A stretch of DNA of 64,000 nucleotides. Source: Firmicutes bacterium UBA5509. GTDB taxonomy: Bacteria; Bacillota; Proteinivoracia; UBA4975. Below, in pieces: positions 38,478-48,543 of the stretch (the stretch's first letter is position 1; every line of letters starts with the position of its first letter). Where the stretch lies: the NCBI GenBank assembly GCA_002423965.1, contig DIOR01000023.1, positions 90,997 through 154,996 on the forward strand, read 5' to 3'. A program made the translations under genes and the position numbers. Below the pieces are notes generated by a model. It was not told the origin of the DNA. It did not search any database and saw nothing but the letters and a program-made list of their open reading frames with translations.

Positions 38478-39443
38478 GTGCGGATTGGAATCGCTGGAGC
38501 AACAGGCATTGTTGGCCGGGAGCTGGTATCCCTTCTGGCTACAAGCAAGCTAGAGGTAACAGAACTGAGATTGTCCGCAACCACGAGGTCGAAGGGGATA
38601 ATGGTGGCAACTCCATTTGGAAAGCAGAATATCACCGAGCTAAATGCCGATTTTTTCCCCGGATTGGACTTATGTTTTTTTTGCGTCTCTGCATCTGTCA
38701 GTGAAAAATGGGTGCCGGTAGCCAAAGACCAAGATGTAGTAGCCATTGATAACAGCAGTTGCTATCGGCTGGAAGATGATGTGCCTTTAATAGTGCCTGA
38801 GGTAAATGGAGAGCACCTCGGCCAGGGGGAGATGATAATTGCCAATCCAAATTGTATTGTCACCCCGTTGGTTGTGGCTCTTAACCCAGTTAAAAACCTT
38901 TTTGGTTTAGAAGAACTTTGCCTCAGCACTTATCAGTCAGTATCAGGTGCAGGGCAAAAGGCATTGGATCAGCTGGAAGATGAAATAGACAAGCACCCTG
39001 GCCCTTCAAGGGATGGTCAGTTCTTGTTGAATGTACTTGGTTCTATTGGCTCAATTGACTCCTATGGACATTCCCAGGAGGAAATAAAAATTATCAATGA
39101 AACCCGAAAAATCTTGGATTTGCCTGACTTACCGATGGCGGTTACTGCCGCTCGAGTAGCGGTAAAGCGTGGTCATTGTCAGGCAGTGACCTTTATAACG
39201 AAGAGATGGGCTAGTACCGAGGAAATCAGGAAAGTCATGGAGGCAGGGGGCATAATTGTCACTGATATCCCTCCTCAACCATTGGCCCTGGGGGGAAGCG
39301 ATTGCGTATATGCAGGTCGCCTGCGAGAAAATAAGGAGCACCGTCCCCGCTCATATTCCCTCTGGGTCGGAGCCGATAACCTGCGCAAGGGGGCTGCACT
39401 GAATGCCTTGAAAATTGCTGAGGAATGGTGGTTTCATCAGTGA
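38478..39443 (+). CDS. asd: Aspartate-semialdehyde dehydrogenase
   Basis: RIGIAGATGIVG NAD motif, an active-site Cys region (IANPNCIV) and a C-terminal dimerisation domain. Confidence 0.9.
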   Translation: MRIGIAGATGIVGRELVSLLATSKLEVTELRLSATTRSKGIMVATPFGKQNITELNADFFPGLDLCFFCVSASVSEKWVPVAKDQDVVAIDNSSCYRLEDDVPLIVPEVNGEHLGQGEMIIANPNCIVTPLVVALNPVKNLFGLEELCLSTYQSVSGAGQKALDQLEDEIDKHPGPSRDGQFLLNVLGSIGSIDSYGHSQEEIKIINETRKILDLPDLPMAVTAARVAVKRGHCQAVTFITKRWASTEEIRKVMEAGGIIVTDIPPQPLALGGSDCVYAGRLRENKEHRPRSYSLWVGADNLRKGAALNALKIAEEWWFHQ

Positions 39444-40651
39444 AAAGCAAGGTAGTGGTACACAAATACGGCGGAACGACCTTAAAAGATCCCCGTCAGC
39501 TTCGGTGTTGCGGGGAAAATATATGCAAAGCATATACCAGCGGCCAACGCCCTGTGGTGATTGTTTCTGCCATGGGCAGAAACGGAGACCCTTATGCCAC
39601 TGATACTTTTCTTGGCCTAGCCTACGCCATATCGTCTTCTCCTGCACCACGAGAATTGGATTTACTGATGGCCTGCGGTGAACTAGTATCGGCAACACTG
39701 CTGACCGTGCAGCTCCAGGAATTGGGGTGCCAAGCTATGGCTCTTACCGGCAGCCAGGTGGGAATTATCACCGATGACAATCACGGCAACGGAGAGATCA
39801 AGGCTGTGGAAATAAAGCGTATTCGCCAGGTCTTGGAATCAGGAATCATTCCGGTCATATGTGGTTTCCAGGGAGTCTCAGCAGCTGGGGAATTGACCAC
39901 CCTGGGGCGGGGTGGCAGCGATATAACAGCAGTGGCGGTAGCAGCCGCTTTAAAGCTTGATTCGGCGACAATTTATACCGATGTGCCTGCAATCAAAACG
40001 GCTGACCCCAAGCTAGTTAAGGACGCCCAGCCAATTTTCCAGTTGCACTATCAGGAAATACTAGAAATGGCTATCGAAGGGGCAAGAGTCATTCACCCCC
40101 GGGCGGTGGAAAGAGCTATGGCGGACGATATCCGCATAGTGATAACGTCTTTGGCCAACTCCGACACCCAACCAACTGAAATAGGGCCTCGCCACAGCAC
40201 TGGGAAGGGGGAGGGGGTAATTCGCGCTATTACCCATATAACAGAAGTCACTCAGTATAAATTTTCACTAGAGCCAGCAAAAATGGCGGTTTTATTGGAC
40301 AAAATCGCCGCTGCTGATATTGATCTGGATTTAATCAACTTGGGGGAGATAGGCCATAGTCTTACTGTAGCCAGTAAAGATGCTCTGGCAATGGGAAAAA
40401 TCTTAGAAGCGGAAAAGGTTTCGGCCCTGCATAGAGAGGACTGTAGCAAAATATCCCTGATCGGCCTTGGAATTCGAGGGATATCAAGGCTGATTAATCG
40501 GATTTATAAACCCCTTATGGAGAGAAATATTCCGGTATACCATACCTCAGACTCCTATACACAGATTGCCTTGCTTGTCCCTCAAGAAAAGTTGGGAGAA
40601 GCCGTCAACCACTTGCACGAAGTATTTTTTGGGGAGGGAAGTTCCAGTTGA
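39440..40651 (+). CDS. dapG: Aspartokinase (DapG-like)
   Basis: VVHKYGGTTL kinase N-terminus and C-terminal ACT domains. The GTGA start overlaps the asd stop. Confidence 0.9.
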   Translation: MKSKVVVHKYGGTTLKDPRQLRCCGENICKAYTSGQRPVVIVSAMGRNGDPYATDTFLGLAYAISSSPAPRELDLLMACGELVSATLLTVQLQELGCQAMALTGSQVGIITDDNHGNGEIKAVEIKRIRQVLESGIIPVICGFQGVSAAGELTTLGRGGSDITAVAVAAALKLDSATIYTDVPAIKTADPKLVKDAQPIFQLHYQEILEMAIEGARVIHPRAVERAMADDIRIVITSLANSDTQPTEIGPRHSTGKGEGVIRAITHITEVTQYKFSLEPAKMAVLLDKIAAADIDLDLINLGEIGHSLTVASKDALAMGKILEAEKVSALHREDCSKISLIGLGIRGISRLINRIYKPLMERNIPVYHTSDSYTQIALLVPQEKLGEAVNHLHEVFFGEGSSS

Positions 40652-41535
40652 AGGCTTGGGGAAAGACTTTAACAGCTATGGTGACGCCTATGGATGCAAA
40701 AGGGAGAGTAGATATCTCCACTGCTGTTGCCCTGGCAGAAGATATCATCGGCAATGGTTGCGATGGTGTTATCCTCTCCGGTACCACCGGTGAGGCTGCT
40801 ACGCTGACAAGAGATGAAAAGGTGGAATTATTCGGCGCAGTAGGGGAGGCAATTCAGGGAAAAGGGCTCACGATTGCCGGTGTAGGTAGCAACTGCACCC
40901 GAGATACGGTGGAGCTAATCCGCCATGTTGAGGATCTGCCTGTAGACGGCTACATGATAATTACGCCGTATTATAACAAGCCGAACCAGGCGGGGATGGT
41001 ACGACACTACATGGCCGCTGAAGACGCAAGCACAAAGCCGATTATGCTCTACAATGTGCCATCCAGAACGGGGATTGACTTGTCTCTGGAGGATTACCAG
41101 CGGGTATTGACAAACTGTCCTAAGATCACAGCGGTGAAAGAGGCTGGGGCGGATAACGGTAAGGCCAGTAGACTGGTTGCTGAGTTTCCAGATGTGGACT
41201 TTTTCAGCGGCAATGACAACGGCACTCTCCCCTTGATGGTCCTCGGATTTAAAGGGGTGGTCAGTGTGGCGGCCAATGTGGCCCCTGGGGCCGTGAGTTG
41301 GCTGACCTTGCAAGCTAGCCAAGGTCATTGGGACAGTGCCAGGAAGACCCATGATTATTTATCCCCCTTGTTTTCAGCAATGTTTCTGGAGACCAATCCA
41401 GTGCCGGTAAAGGCTGCCTTGGAACTCCAGGGCTGGTCAGTAGGGGATCCTAGACTGCCCCTGGCGGGACTGTCGGAAAGTAATTTTCGGTCCTTGGAAA
41501 ATATCGTGAAAAGCTATACTAGAGAAGGGCGTTAG
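40648..41535 (+). CDS. dapA: 4-hydroxy-tetrahydrodipicolinate synthase
   Basis: AMVTPMDAKG...GVILSGTTGE...YNVPSRTG motifs. TTG start. Confidence 0.9.
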   Translation: MKAWGKTLTAMVTPMDAKGRVDISTAVALAEDIIGNGCDGVILSGTTGEAATLTRDEKVELFGAVGEAIQGKGLTIAGVGSNCTRDTVELIRHVEDLPVDGYMIITPYYNKPNQAGMVRHYMAAEDASTKPIMLYNVPSRTGIDLSLEDYQRVLTNCPKITAVKEAGADNGKASRLVAEFPDVDFFSGNDNGTLPLMVLGFKGVVSVAANVAPGAVSWLTLQASQGHWDSARKTHDYLSPLFSAMFLETNPVPVKAALELQGWSVGDPRLPLAGLSESNFRSLENIVKSYTREGR

Positions 41536-41620
41536 CCCTTCTCCCTTGTATCAAGGCAGAAAATGCGCTATAATAACAGCAATGAACTGCGGTCGGGAAA
41601 TTACTTACGGAGGTGTAATA

Positions 41621-43324
41621 TTGGCAGAAGTTAATAAAAGAATGAAAACCCGAACTAAAGCTCCAAAAAATAACGAAAAGGTTAGCCTGGTTTCCCTGGG
41701 CGGAGTAGGGGAAATCGGGAAAAATATGTTTGCCTTTGAATATGAGGGAGAAATCGTCGTTATTGACGGAGGCTTAAAATTCCCGGAGGATGACATGTTG
41801 GGAGTAGACATCGTCATCCCTGATATCACTTACTTAGTGGAGAACCAGGACAAAGTTGCCGCGATTTTACTTACCCACGGTCATGAGGACCATATTGGAG
41901 GCTTGCCGTATATTCTCAAGCAACTTTCAATACCGGTTTATGGCACAAAGTTAACCTTGGGAATTCTCGAAGGCAAGCTTAAGGAAAAAGGCATGTTGGC
42001 GGATTGTGATTTGCGCCAAATCAGGCCAGGCATGAAACTACAGGTCACAAAAAATTTCCAAGCCGAGTTCTTTGTTGTAAACCACAGCATTCCCGATGCT
42101 GTTGGAATTTGTCTACGTACTCCCGCCGGTCTCATTGTTCATTGCGGGGATTTTAAAATTGATCATACTCCCGTGGATGGCCGGGTCATGGATTTTAATC
42201 GGCTGGCCAAGTTTGGGGAGGAAGGGGTGCTGGCTGTCCTAATAGATTCCACCAATGCCGAACGCCCCGGTTTTACCAAGTCTGAGACAATGGTTGGAGA
42301 AACGATTTCTGAGGTACTTCGCCTGTCTAGCAATCGTGTAATTCTTGCTACCTTTGCCTCTAACGTTCATAGGATACAGCAAGTCATTAACGCCGCCGCC
42401 AAGCACAAGCGCAAAGTGGCCGTCAACGGGCGTTCCATGGTCAATGTGGTTAGTATCGCTTCCGAGCTAGGTTACCTACAGGATAGACACCATGTCTTAG
42501 TTGAGTTGGAACAGGCAATTAAAATGCCCCCCAATAAAGTAGTGCTGTTGACCACTGGCAGTCAAGGGGAACCCATGTCAGGCCTTAGCAGAATGGCCTC
42601 GGGGGACCACCGCCAGGTAGAGATAGTTCCTGGGGATACAGTGATTTTTGCCGCTAGTGCTATTCCCGGCAATGAAAAACTTGTTTCCCGAACCATTGAT
42701 AATTTGTTTCGGCTGGGGGCAGATGTCATTTATGAACCGGTAACCGGAACCCATGTCTCGGGACATGCAAGCCAGGAAGAAATTAAATTGATCTTGAGCT
42801 TGCTCAAGCCCAGGTATGCTATTCCCGTTCACGGGGAGTATCGCCACTGTGTCCATTTTCAAAAACTGGCGAAAGCTCAAGGTATCCCCACTAGCAGCTC
42901 TCCCATCATGAAAATCGGTGAAGTATGGGAATTCTCAGGGGAGGGGGCTAAGCATACCAGCACTGTGCCCTCTGGCCAAATTCTGGTGGACGGCCTAGGG
43001 ATTGGCGATGTAGGTAACATTGTCCTCAGGGACCGCAAGCAGCTATCCATGGATGGTATTTTAATCGTGGTCCTTACCTTGGAAAAGTCTACCGGCAAGA
43101 TTCTTTCCGGTCCAGATATTGTCTCCAGGGGCTTTGTCTACGTGCGTGAATCCGAAGACCTAATGGCAGAAGCCAAGGAAGTTATCAATAATAACTTTGC
43201 AAAAAATGGCACTCGGACTGAGTGGTCTGTTATTAAATCCGGTATTCGCGATTGTCTTGGGAAGTTTTTCTATGACAAAACCCGCCGCAGTCCCATGATA
43301 ATTCCCATTATCATGGAAGTCTAA
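41621..43324 (+). CDS. rnj: Ribonuclease J (beta-CASP metallo-beta-lactamase)
   Basis: [11 protein letters not shown]...[10 protein letters not shown] motifs. TTG start after ACGGAGGTG. Confidence 0.9.
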   Translation: MAEVNKRMKTRTKAPKNNEKVSLVSLGGVGEIGKNMFAFEYEGEIVVIDGGLKFPEDDMLGVDIVIPDITYLVENQDKVAAILLTHGHEDHIGGLPYILKQLSIPVYGTKLTLGILEGKLKEKGMLADCDLRQIRPGMKLQVTKNFQAEFFVVNHSIPDAVGICLRTPAGLIVHCGDFKIDHTPVDGRVMDFNRLAKFGEEGVLAVLIDSTNAERPGFTKSETMVGETISEVLRLSSNRVILATFASNVHRIQQVINAAAKHKRKVAVNGRSMVNVVSIASELGYLQDRHHVLVELEQAIKMPPNKVVLLTTGSQGEPMSGLSRMASGDHRQVEIVPGDTVIFAASAIPGNEKLVSRTIDNLFRLGADVIYEPVTGTHVSGHASQEEIKLILSLLKPRYAIPVHGEYRHCVHFQKLAKAQGIPTSSSPIMKIGEVWEFSGEGAKHTSTVPSGQILVDGLGIGDVGNIVLRDRKQLSMDGILIVVLTLEKSTGKILSGPDIVSRGFVYVRESEDLMAEAKEVINNNFAKNGTRTEWSVIKSGIRDCLGKFFYDKTRRSPMIIPIIMEV

Positions 43325-43334
43325 GTTCATTCGT

Positions 43335-43367
43335 AACACCCTGGCATAATGCCAGGGTGTTTCTACA
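43335..43367 (+). terminator. Hairpin after rnj (AACACCCTGGC-ataat-GCCAGGGTGTT + TCT)
   Basis: Perfect 11-bp stem; the U-tract is weak. Confidence 0.5.
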
Positions 43368-43413
43368 TAATCCCAATCCCCAGGGGAAGACTATGCACCT
43401 AAGGGGGATGCCA

Positions 43414-44085
43414 ATGACAACAGTTGAAAACAAGCAGTTGGACACCATTACAAGTATGGGGCAAAATGTACTGCCTTCTCCGGAACACAGTAATCTGCAT
43501 ATCCTCAATATCATTGGCCAAATTGAAGGGCATGTGGTGCTTCCTCCCCAAAACAAGACCACAAAATATGAGCACATCATCCCTCAACTGGCCGCAGTGG
43601 AACAGAATAAGTCAATCCAAGGCCTATTAGTGATACTCAACACGGTAGGCGGCGATGTGGAGGCTGGGCTGGCAATAGCAGAGATGATCAGGTCCCTTAG
43701 CAAGCCTACAGTCTCCTTGGTTCTGGGTGGCGGACACAGCATCGGTGTCCCTATAGCCGTCAGCACCGATTATTCAATAATTGCTGAAACTGCTACCATG
43801 ACTATCCATCCAATTCGCTTGACGGGTCTGGTAATAGGTGTACCCCAGACTTATGAGTACTTGGATAAAATGCAGGATAGGGTGGTAGACTTTGTCTGCC
43901 GTAATTCTAATGTTACTTCAGAAACCTTTCGGGAGCTGATGTTTCGCACCGGGGGGCTGGCTCGGGATATTGGCACTGTGTTGGTGGGCAAGGACGCAGT
44001 GGATGTCGGTTTAATTGATGCTATAGGTGGCATGGCTATGGCCATAGAAAGACTATCCACCTTGGCGAAAGATAAGGTGAATTAA
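43414..44085 (+). CDS. tepA: ClpP-like translocation-enhancing protein TepA (YmfB)
   Basis: ClpP/crotonase-fold core ([21 protein letters not shown]). Position matches rnj-tepA-ylzJ. AAGGGGGA Shine-Dalgarno. Confidence 0.8.
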   Translation: MTTVENKQLDTITSMGQNVLPSPEHSNLHILNIIGQIEGHVVLPPQNKTTKYEHIIPQLAAVEQNKSIQGLLVILNTVGGDVEAGLAIAEMIRSLSKPTVSLVLGGGHSIGVPIAVSTDYSIIAETATMTIHPIRLTGLVIGVPQTYEYLDKMQDRVVDFVCRNSNVTSETFRELMFRTGGLARDIGTVLVGKDAVDVGLIDAIGGMAMAIERLSTLAKDKVN

Positions 44086-44298
44086 ATGGTGCTATATACT
44101 CCTTATGATGTCAGCATCATTATGCAGGACCTGACCCAGCCTGAGGTGGAGCAGAGGGAGGTAAAATTGGCCAATGGAATTGTGCTTGTAGGTAGTGATG
44201 TCAAGAATGGCTTTAAAATTGAGCGAGTGATTAGCGGCAACTGCAACGCCTACCTCCTTCCTGATTACCAGCCTGGAAAGGTGATCAAGACAGACTGA
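44086..44298 (+). CDS. ylzJ: YlzJ-like small protein
   Basis: 70 aa directly downstream of tepA, as in Bacillus. The call rests on synteny and size. Confidence 0.6.
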   Translation: MVLYTPYDVSIIMQDLTQPEVEQREVKLANGIVLVGSDVKNGFKIERVISGNCNAYLLPDYQPGKVIKTD

Positions 44299-44317
44299 CT
44301 CCGGTCTGTTTTTTTAT
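44290..44317 (+). terminator. Hairpin (ACAGAC-tgactccg-GTCTGT) followed by TTTTTTTATT
   Basis: 6-8 bp stem overlapping the ylzJ stop, then a T7 run. Confidence 0.55.
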
Positions 44318-44355
44318 TCTGGCATGTGATAATATCAGATTCGGAGGGATGTGTA

Positions 44356-45174
44356 ATGGATTACCTAAAGGCTGCATTAATCGGTCTAATTCAGGGACTT
44401 ACTGAATTTTTGCCTGTTAGTAGTTCCGGCCATTTGGTTCTCACTCAGCAGGTGTTGGGGATTGAAATGCCGGGTATTACCTTTGAAGTCTTCTTGCACC
44501 TGGGAACTTTGGTCTCAGTATTTTGGGTTTTTCGGCAGCGCATTGTCAGTATAATTAAATCCTTTCTGGTTTTATTCAAAAAGGAAGAATGGGCACGGTT
44601 TTCCTCCAGCGTAGATCGTCGCTTTGGTATTTACTTAATAGTTGCCAGCATCCCTACTGCAATTATGGCCTTTCTCCTCAATGACTATCTTGAAAAGGCC
44701 TTTGATACCCCCTTGTTTGTCGGTATTGCCTTGGCAGTCACTGGCGGTATGCTCTGGTTGGCAGACTCCCTGCCCGGGGGGAACAAAGATATTTCCAAAA
44801 CCAGTCCCGTAGACGCTGTCCTAATTGGTGTGTTTCAAGGATTTGCAATTTTCCCCGGCATATCCCGCTCCGGAGCAACCATAAGCGGTGCCCTATTCCG
44901 TAAATTGGATAAACGCACTGCCGCAGAATTTTCCTTTCTTCTTTCAATCCCAGCCATCCTCGGTGGCGCTCTTGTAGAAATAATAAAAATCATCCGGGAC
45001 GGCGCTGATGTAGCATTCAATTGGCTTTTTTTCTTGGTGGGCATTACAGTTGCCGCTGTTGCAGGAATTCTTGCTATAAATTTCTTCATTCGCCTGCTGG
45101 TGAAAGACAGGTTGCGTATTTTCGCTGTCTACTGCTGGATAATCAGTATTGTCGTCATCTTTATTACCCTGTAA
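44356..45174 (+). CDS. uppP: Undecaprenyl-diphosphatase (UppP/BacA)
   Basis: LIQGLTEFLPVSSSGHL signature, 8-transmembrane protein. GGAGGGA Shine-Dalgarno. Confidence 0.9.
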   Translation: MDYLKAALIGLIQGLTEFLPVSSSGHLVLTQQVLGIEMPGITFEVFLHLGTLVSVFWVFRQRIVSIIKSFLVLFKKEEWARFSSSVDRRFGIYLIVASIPTAIMAFLLNDYLEKAFDTPLFVGIALAVTGGMLWLADSLPGGNKDISKTSPVDAVLIGVFQGFAIFPGISRSGATISGALFRKLDKRTAAEFSFLLSIPAILGGALVEIIKIIRDGADVAFNWLFFLVGITVAAVAGILAINFFIRLLVKDRLRIFAVYCWIISIVVIFITL

Positions 45175-45186
45175 AGGAGTGTATTT

Positions 45187-47409
45187 ATGCCTAGAACTCG
45201 ACGAAGACGCCGGCGAAAGGACCGGCAGGTTCACAATGAGGTCGGTGGCCTGATTATAGTTGCTCTTGCCGTTCTTGCAGGGGCAAGTCTATTTTCTCCT
45301 GATAATGTCGGTAAAATAGGCGGCTTACTTGCTCGCATGCAGTGGACTATTGCTGGCGAATACGCACTTTTTATTCCGTTTTCCTTGCTCTTATGGGGAA
45401 TAAGGATGATTTTCTTCCCCAATTCTCCCTTGTTTGCCCGCAGGGCTATTGGCAGCATGCTGCTAATTCTATGTATATTAACTGCAGTCCACATAGCTGC
45501 CGCTGATAAAGACTATTCCTCAGACCACCTATTGGCTATTTCCCGAGGGGATCCTATTATCGGCGGGGGAATTTTGGGTGCCTTAGGGGCCATTGGTTTG
45601 CTCAAGGCCTTTGGCCTGGTAGGGGGAGTTGTCATCCTGATTTCGGTGGTGTCAATTGGACTCTTCCTGCTCCTTAACATATCCTTGAAAGAGTTTGTCC
45701 AGGGTTTCTCCCGACTGGCCAAATCGGCAGCTAAGGCAATGGTTAAATCCATGTCCCGTCTAAACACTGCAGTGGGGAAATTGGTTAAATCCTCAGGTAC
45801 TCCTATAAAGGACAAGCCTGCTCCAGAGCCTGTCAATATTCACGACTATCAGGTTCCCGTCACAGACGATGGGGGGGATTCTACACCCCAGGAGCCGATT
45901 ATTGTTGAAGCTGAGCCATTGCTTCCTGAAACCATAGAGGAAGTTCTAGAGTTAGAACATGAAGAACCTGAACTTTACCAACTGCCGCCTTTGAACTTGT
46001 TGCAAAAAACCGTTCGCCTCAAAGACCCTCAGGGGAGGAGAGAGCTGGTTTCCCAGGCGGATATTTTAGAAGAGACTTTGGCTAGTTTTGGCATAGAGGC
46101 AAAGGTCATCAATGTTCACCGGGGGCCCACCATTACCAGGTTTGAAATTCAGCCAGCTTCAGGTGTCAAGGTCAGCAGAATTGTCAACCTTGCCGATGAC
46201 TTGGCCTTGAATCTGGCGGCTACAGGAGTAAGAATTGAGGCACCTATTCCAGGCAAGTCTGCCGTGGGCCTAGAATTGGCCAATAAATCCAAAGCTACTG
46301 TGTATTTGCGGGAAGTGCTGGAGACCAGCGAATTCCTTGATAACCCCTCGAAATTAGCAATTGCCCTGGGTAAGGATATTGCAGGGGCGACGGTTATTGC
46401 GGATTTGATGGACATTCCTCACCTCCTGATTGCTGGGGCCACAGGTTCTGGTAAGTCTGTCTGTCTCAATTCGATTATCATATCCCTATTGTACAAAGCC
46501 AAACCTTCGGAACTAAAGTTCTTGCTGATAGATCCGAAAGTTGTGGAATTAAACGTCTACAACGGACTGCCTCACTTGCTTTGCCCCGTTGTCACCGATC
46601 CACGCATGGCAGCCCAGGGGCTAAAAAACATTGTCAAGGAAATGGAGCAGCGCTATCATCTCTTTGCAGAGGTCGGAGCCAGGGATATACTGCGCTATAA
46701 TGAATCTGCCCAGGAAAGAGGGGAGAAACCCCTGCCCTATGTCATCGTCATAATTGACGAGCTGGCAGACCTAATGATGACTTCTCCTACAGAGGTAGAG
46801 GACTCTATCTTTAGGATTGCCCAGAAGTCTCGAGCCGCTGGAATTCACCTTATTGTAGCAACCCAGCGCCCTTCAGTGGATGTCATTACGGGGGTTATAA
46901 AAGCCAATCTTACAACGCGAATGGCCTTTGCCGTTTCCTCCAGTGCTGACTCCAAGACAATTCTCGACATGGGGGGAGCAGAAAAACTTTTGGGTCGTGG
47001 AGATATGCTCTTCTTCCCATTTGGGGCCTCCAAGCCACAGCGGCTCCAAAGTGCGTACATTTCCGATGAAGAAGTTGAAAATGTCGTCGCCCATGTCCTT
47101 GCTCAGTCCATGCCCGTGCTACGCACTGATTTCCTACAGCCCCATGAAGGTGAGACTGAGAAAGAGCTTTTGGAGATGGACGAATTGCTACCGGAAGCTG
47201 CAAGGATGATTGTTGAAAGTGGCCAAGCCTCAATTTCCATGTTGCAAAGGCGCCTGCGCGTTGGATATACCAGAGCCGGAAGGCTAATTGACAGTATGGA
47301 ACGGTTGTCCATTGTCGGGGGTCATGAGGGCAGTAAAGCCAGAAAAATCTTAGTTACCCTGGCACAGTTGGAAGAAATCCTAGAAAACCAAAATTTATAT
47401 ACCCCATAA
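45187..47409 (+). CDS. ftsK: DNA translocase FtsK/SpoIIIE
   Basis: N-terminal transmembrane domain, linker, motor domain (HLLIAGATGSGKSV...IIDELADLM), and a C-terminal gamma winged helix. Confidence 0.95.
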   Translation: MPRTRRRRRRKDRQVHNEVGGLIIVALAVLAGASLFSPDNVGKIGGLLARMQWTIAGEYALFIPFSLLLWGIRMIFFPNSPLFARRAIGSMLLILCILTAVHIAAADKDYSSDHLLAISRGDPIIGGGILGALGAIGLLKAFGLVGGVVILISVVSIGLFLLLNISLKEFVQGFSRLAKSAAKAMVKSMSRLNTAVGKLVKSSGTPIKDKPAPEPVNIHDYQVPVTDDGGDSTPQEPIIVEAEPLLPETIEEVLELEHEEPELYQLPPLNLLQKTVRLKDPQGRRELVSQADILEETLASFGIEAKVINVHRGPTITRFEIQPASGVKVSRIVNLADDLALNLAATGVRIEAPIPGKSAVGLELANKSKATVYLREVLETSEFLDNPSKLAIALGKDIAGATVIADLMDIPHLLIAGATGSGKSVCLNSIIISLLYKAKPSELKFLLIDPKVVELNVYNGLPHLLCPVVTDPRMAAQGLKNIVKEMEQRYHLFAEVGARDILRYNESAQERGEKPLPYVIVIIDELADLMMTSPTEVEDSIFRIAQKSRAAGIHLIVATQRPSVDVITGVIKANLTTRMAFAVSSSADSKTILDMGGAEKLLGRGDMLFFPFGASKPQRLQSAYISDEEVENVVAHVLAQSMPVLRTDFLQPHEGETEKELLEMDELLPEAARMIVESGQASISMLQRRLRVGYTRAGRLIDSMERLSIVGGHEGSKARKILVTLAQLEEILENQNLYTP

Positions 47410-48438
47410 GGACCCGGTCTCCGGGTTTTTTGGGTTTAGGTTCTCAATGTCCGACACTATTTTCTCTGGCAACCGGGCAATTTCTGAATAGTCCATACCC
47501 GACCTGTATACCTCTTCCAACTGACTATGGAGCTTAGCAGCCTTAGCCATGTCATCAATAGCCCTTTCAATATAATTACTGACTTGGCTTTCTAATTCAG
47601 AAGGTCCAGTATATTCGGGGCCAAATTCACCATCAATTCCCTTGACTAGGTGGGGCTGATGACTTGAAAAAATCGCTAATTCTCCTGGAATATAAATATG
47701 CTCTAAGTGCTGGGGCTGCAGACCACAATAGAGGTAGAGGGCAGGAATATGGTGCAGGGAGAGGTGGCGGGATATTTCCACCAAAACAAGAGAATTAAAA
47801 GCTCTGTTACCGCCAACTAAGGCAAAGCTGTGCTTGACTTTCAGGCTGGGTAAAAAGCTGACAAAGCCATCGGCGGTAATCCCCGTAGCAAAGGCATGGC
47901 GTATAATCCCCTTAGAGGGTGTGGAAATATATTCTTTGATATGAGCCGCAATTTCCCGGGCATTGAGCTTAACCCGGGTGCGCTCCAGTTGCTGAACCTG
48001 GTCTGCCAGTCCCCCTGCCACAGCCAACCAGCCATAAGCGGCTTTATATCTATTAGCTTTTTCTGCAACGAGATCTTGTATTTTTTTGCGCTGTGCAATC
48101 AATACCTTTTCGTCCCAATAACGGCCTAAATCTATTACCTGTTGCACTGCTCCAGGTAAATGGGGGTCTATTGTATGGGGAGATGTGCCATCAATAATTG
48201 ATACTTGCTGAGAAGGAATGAAAAGACCGTCCAGGGAATCCGAAGCTGCTGTGCAATGGTATTTTTCCAGGGAGCAGGGGTAATTCCTGGAAACCTTTTG
48301 AATAATAGTTGATTTTCCGGTGCCGGGACCGCCTTTAAGGATGAAAACTCTGTTAAGACTGTCCATGGCTAGGTATTGATAGTGGGAAAAAAATCCCCTA
48401 GAGGAATTTGCACCGGCAAAAAGATGGATAGTGGTCAC
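47395..48438 (-). CDS. Uncharacterised P-loop NTPase (Walker A GGPGTGKST), about 347 aa
   Basis: On the - strand GAAAGGAAG lies 8 nt upstream of a GTG (MTTIHLFAGAN...). Walker A ILKGGPGTGKST and a Walker B-like VSIIDG. The ORF track extends to 48510 with a TTG that has no RBS. Confidence 0.7.
   Translation of the reverse strand: MTTIHLFAGANSSRGFFSHYQYLAMDSLNRVFILKGGPGTGKSTIIQKVSRNYPCSLEKYHCTAASDSLDGLFIPSQQVSIIDGTSPHTIDPHLPGAVQQVIDLGRYWDEKVLIAQRKKIQDLVAEKANRYKAAYGWLAVAGGLADQVQQLERTRVKLNAREIAAHIKEYISTPSKGIIRHAFATGITADGFVSFLPSLKVKHSFALVGGNRAFNSLVLVEISRHLSLHHIPALYLYCGLQPQHLEHIYIPGELAIFSSHQPHLVKGIDGEFGPEYTGPSELESQVSNYIERAIDDMAKAAKLHSQLEEVYRSGMDYSEIARLPEKIVSDIENLNPKNPETGSLWGI
47412..47431. terminator. 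Short bidirectional hairpin (ACCCGG-tct-CCGGGT + TTTTTT) at the ftsK 3' end; it lies inside the 3' coding end of the convergent gene
   Basis: Inverted repeat and a T6 run seen directly. Overlaps the last 15 codons of the minus-strand ORF. Confidence 0.45.
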
Positions 48439-48543
48439 GGCAATAACTTCCTTTCTGTTTTCTGTATTATCATACTGCCGGCACAAAGTTTCAGTGCAAT
48501 TAGAGGGCAAATTTGATATACTCTTTTTATGGAGTGAAGGTCA

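Noticed and set aside
37652-38746. Several long minus-strand ORFs (for example 37652-38230 and 38366-38746) opposite dpaA/dpaB/asd.
   Set aside because: They are antisense shadow ORFs inside well-supported, highly conserved + strand genes. No RBS, and the amino-acid composition is not protein-like.
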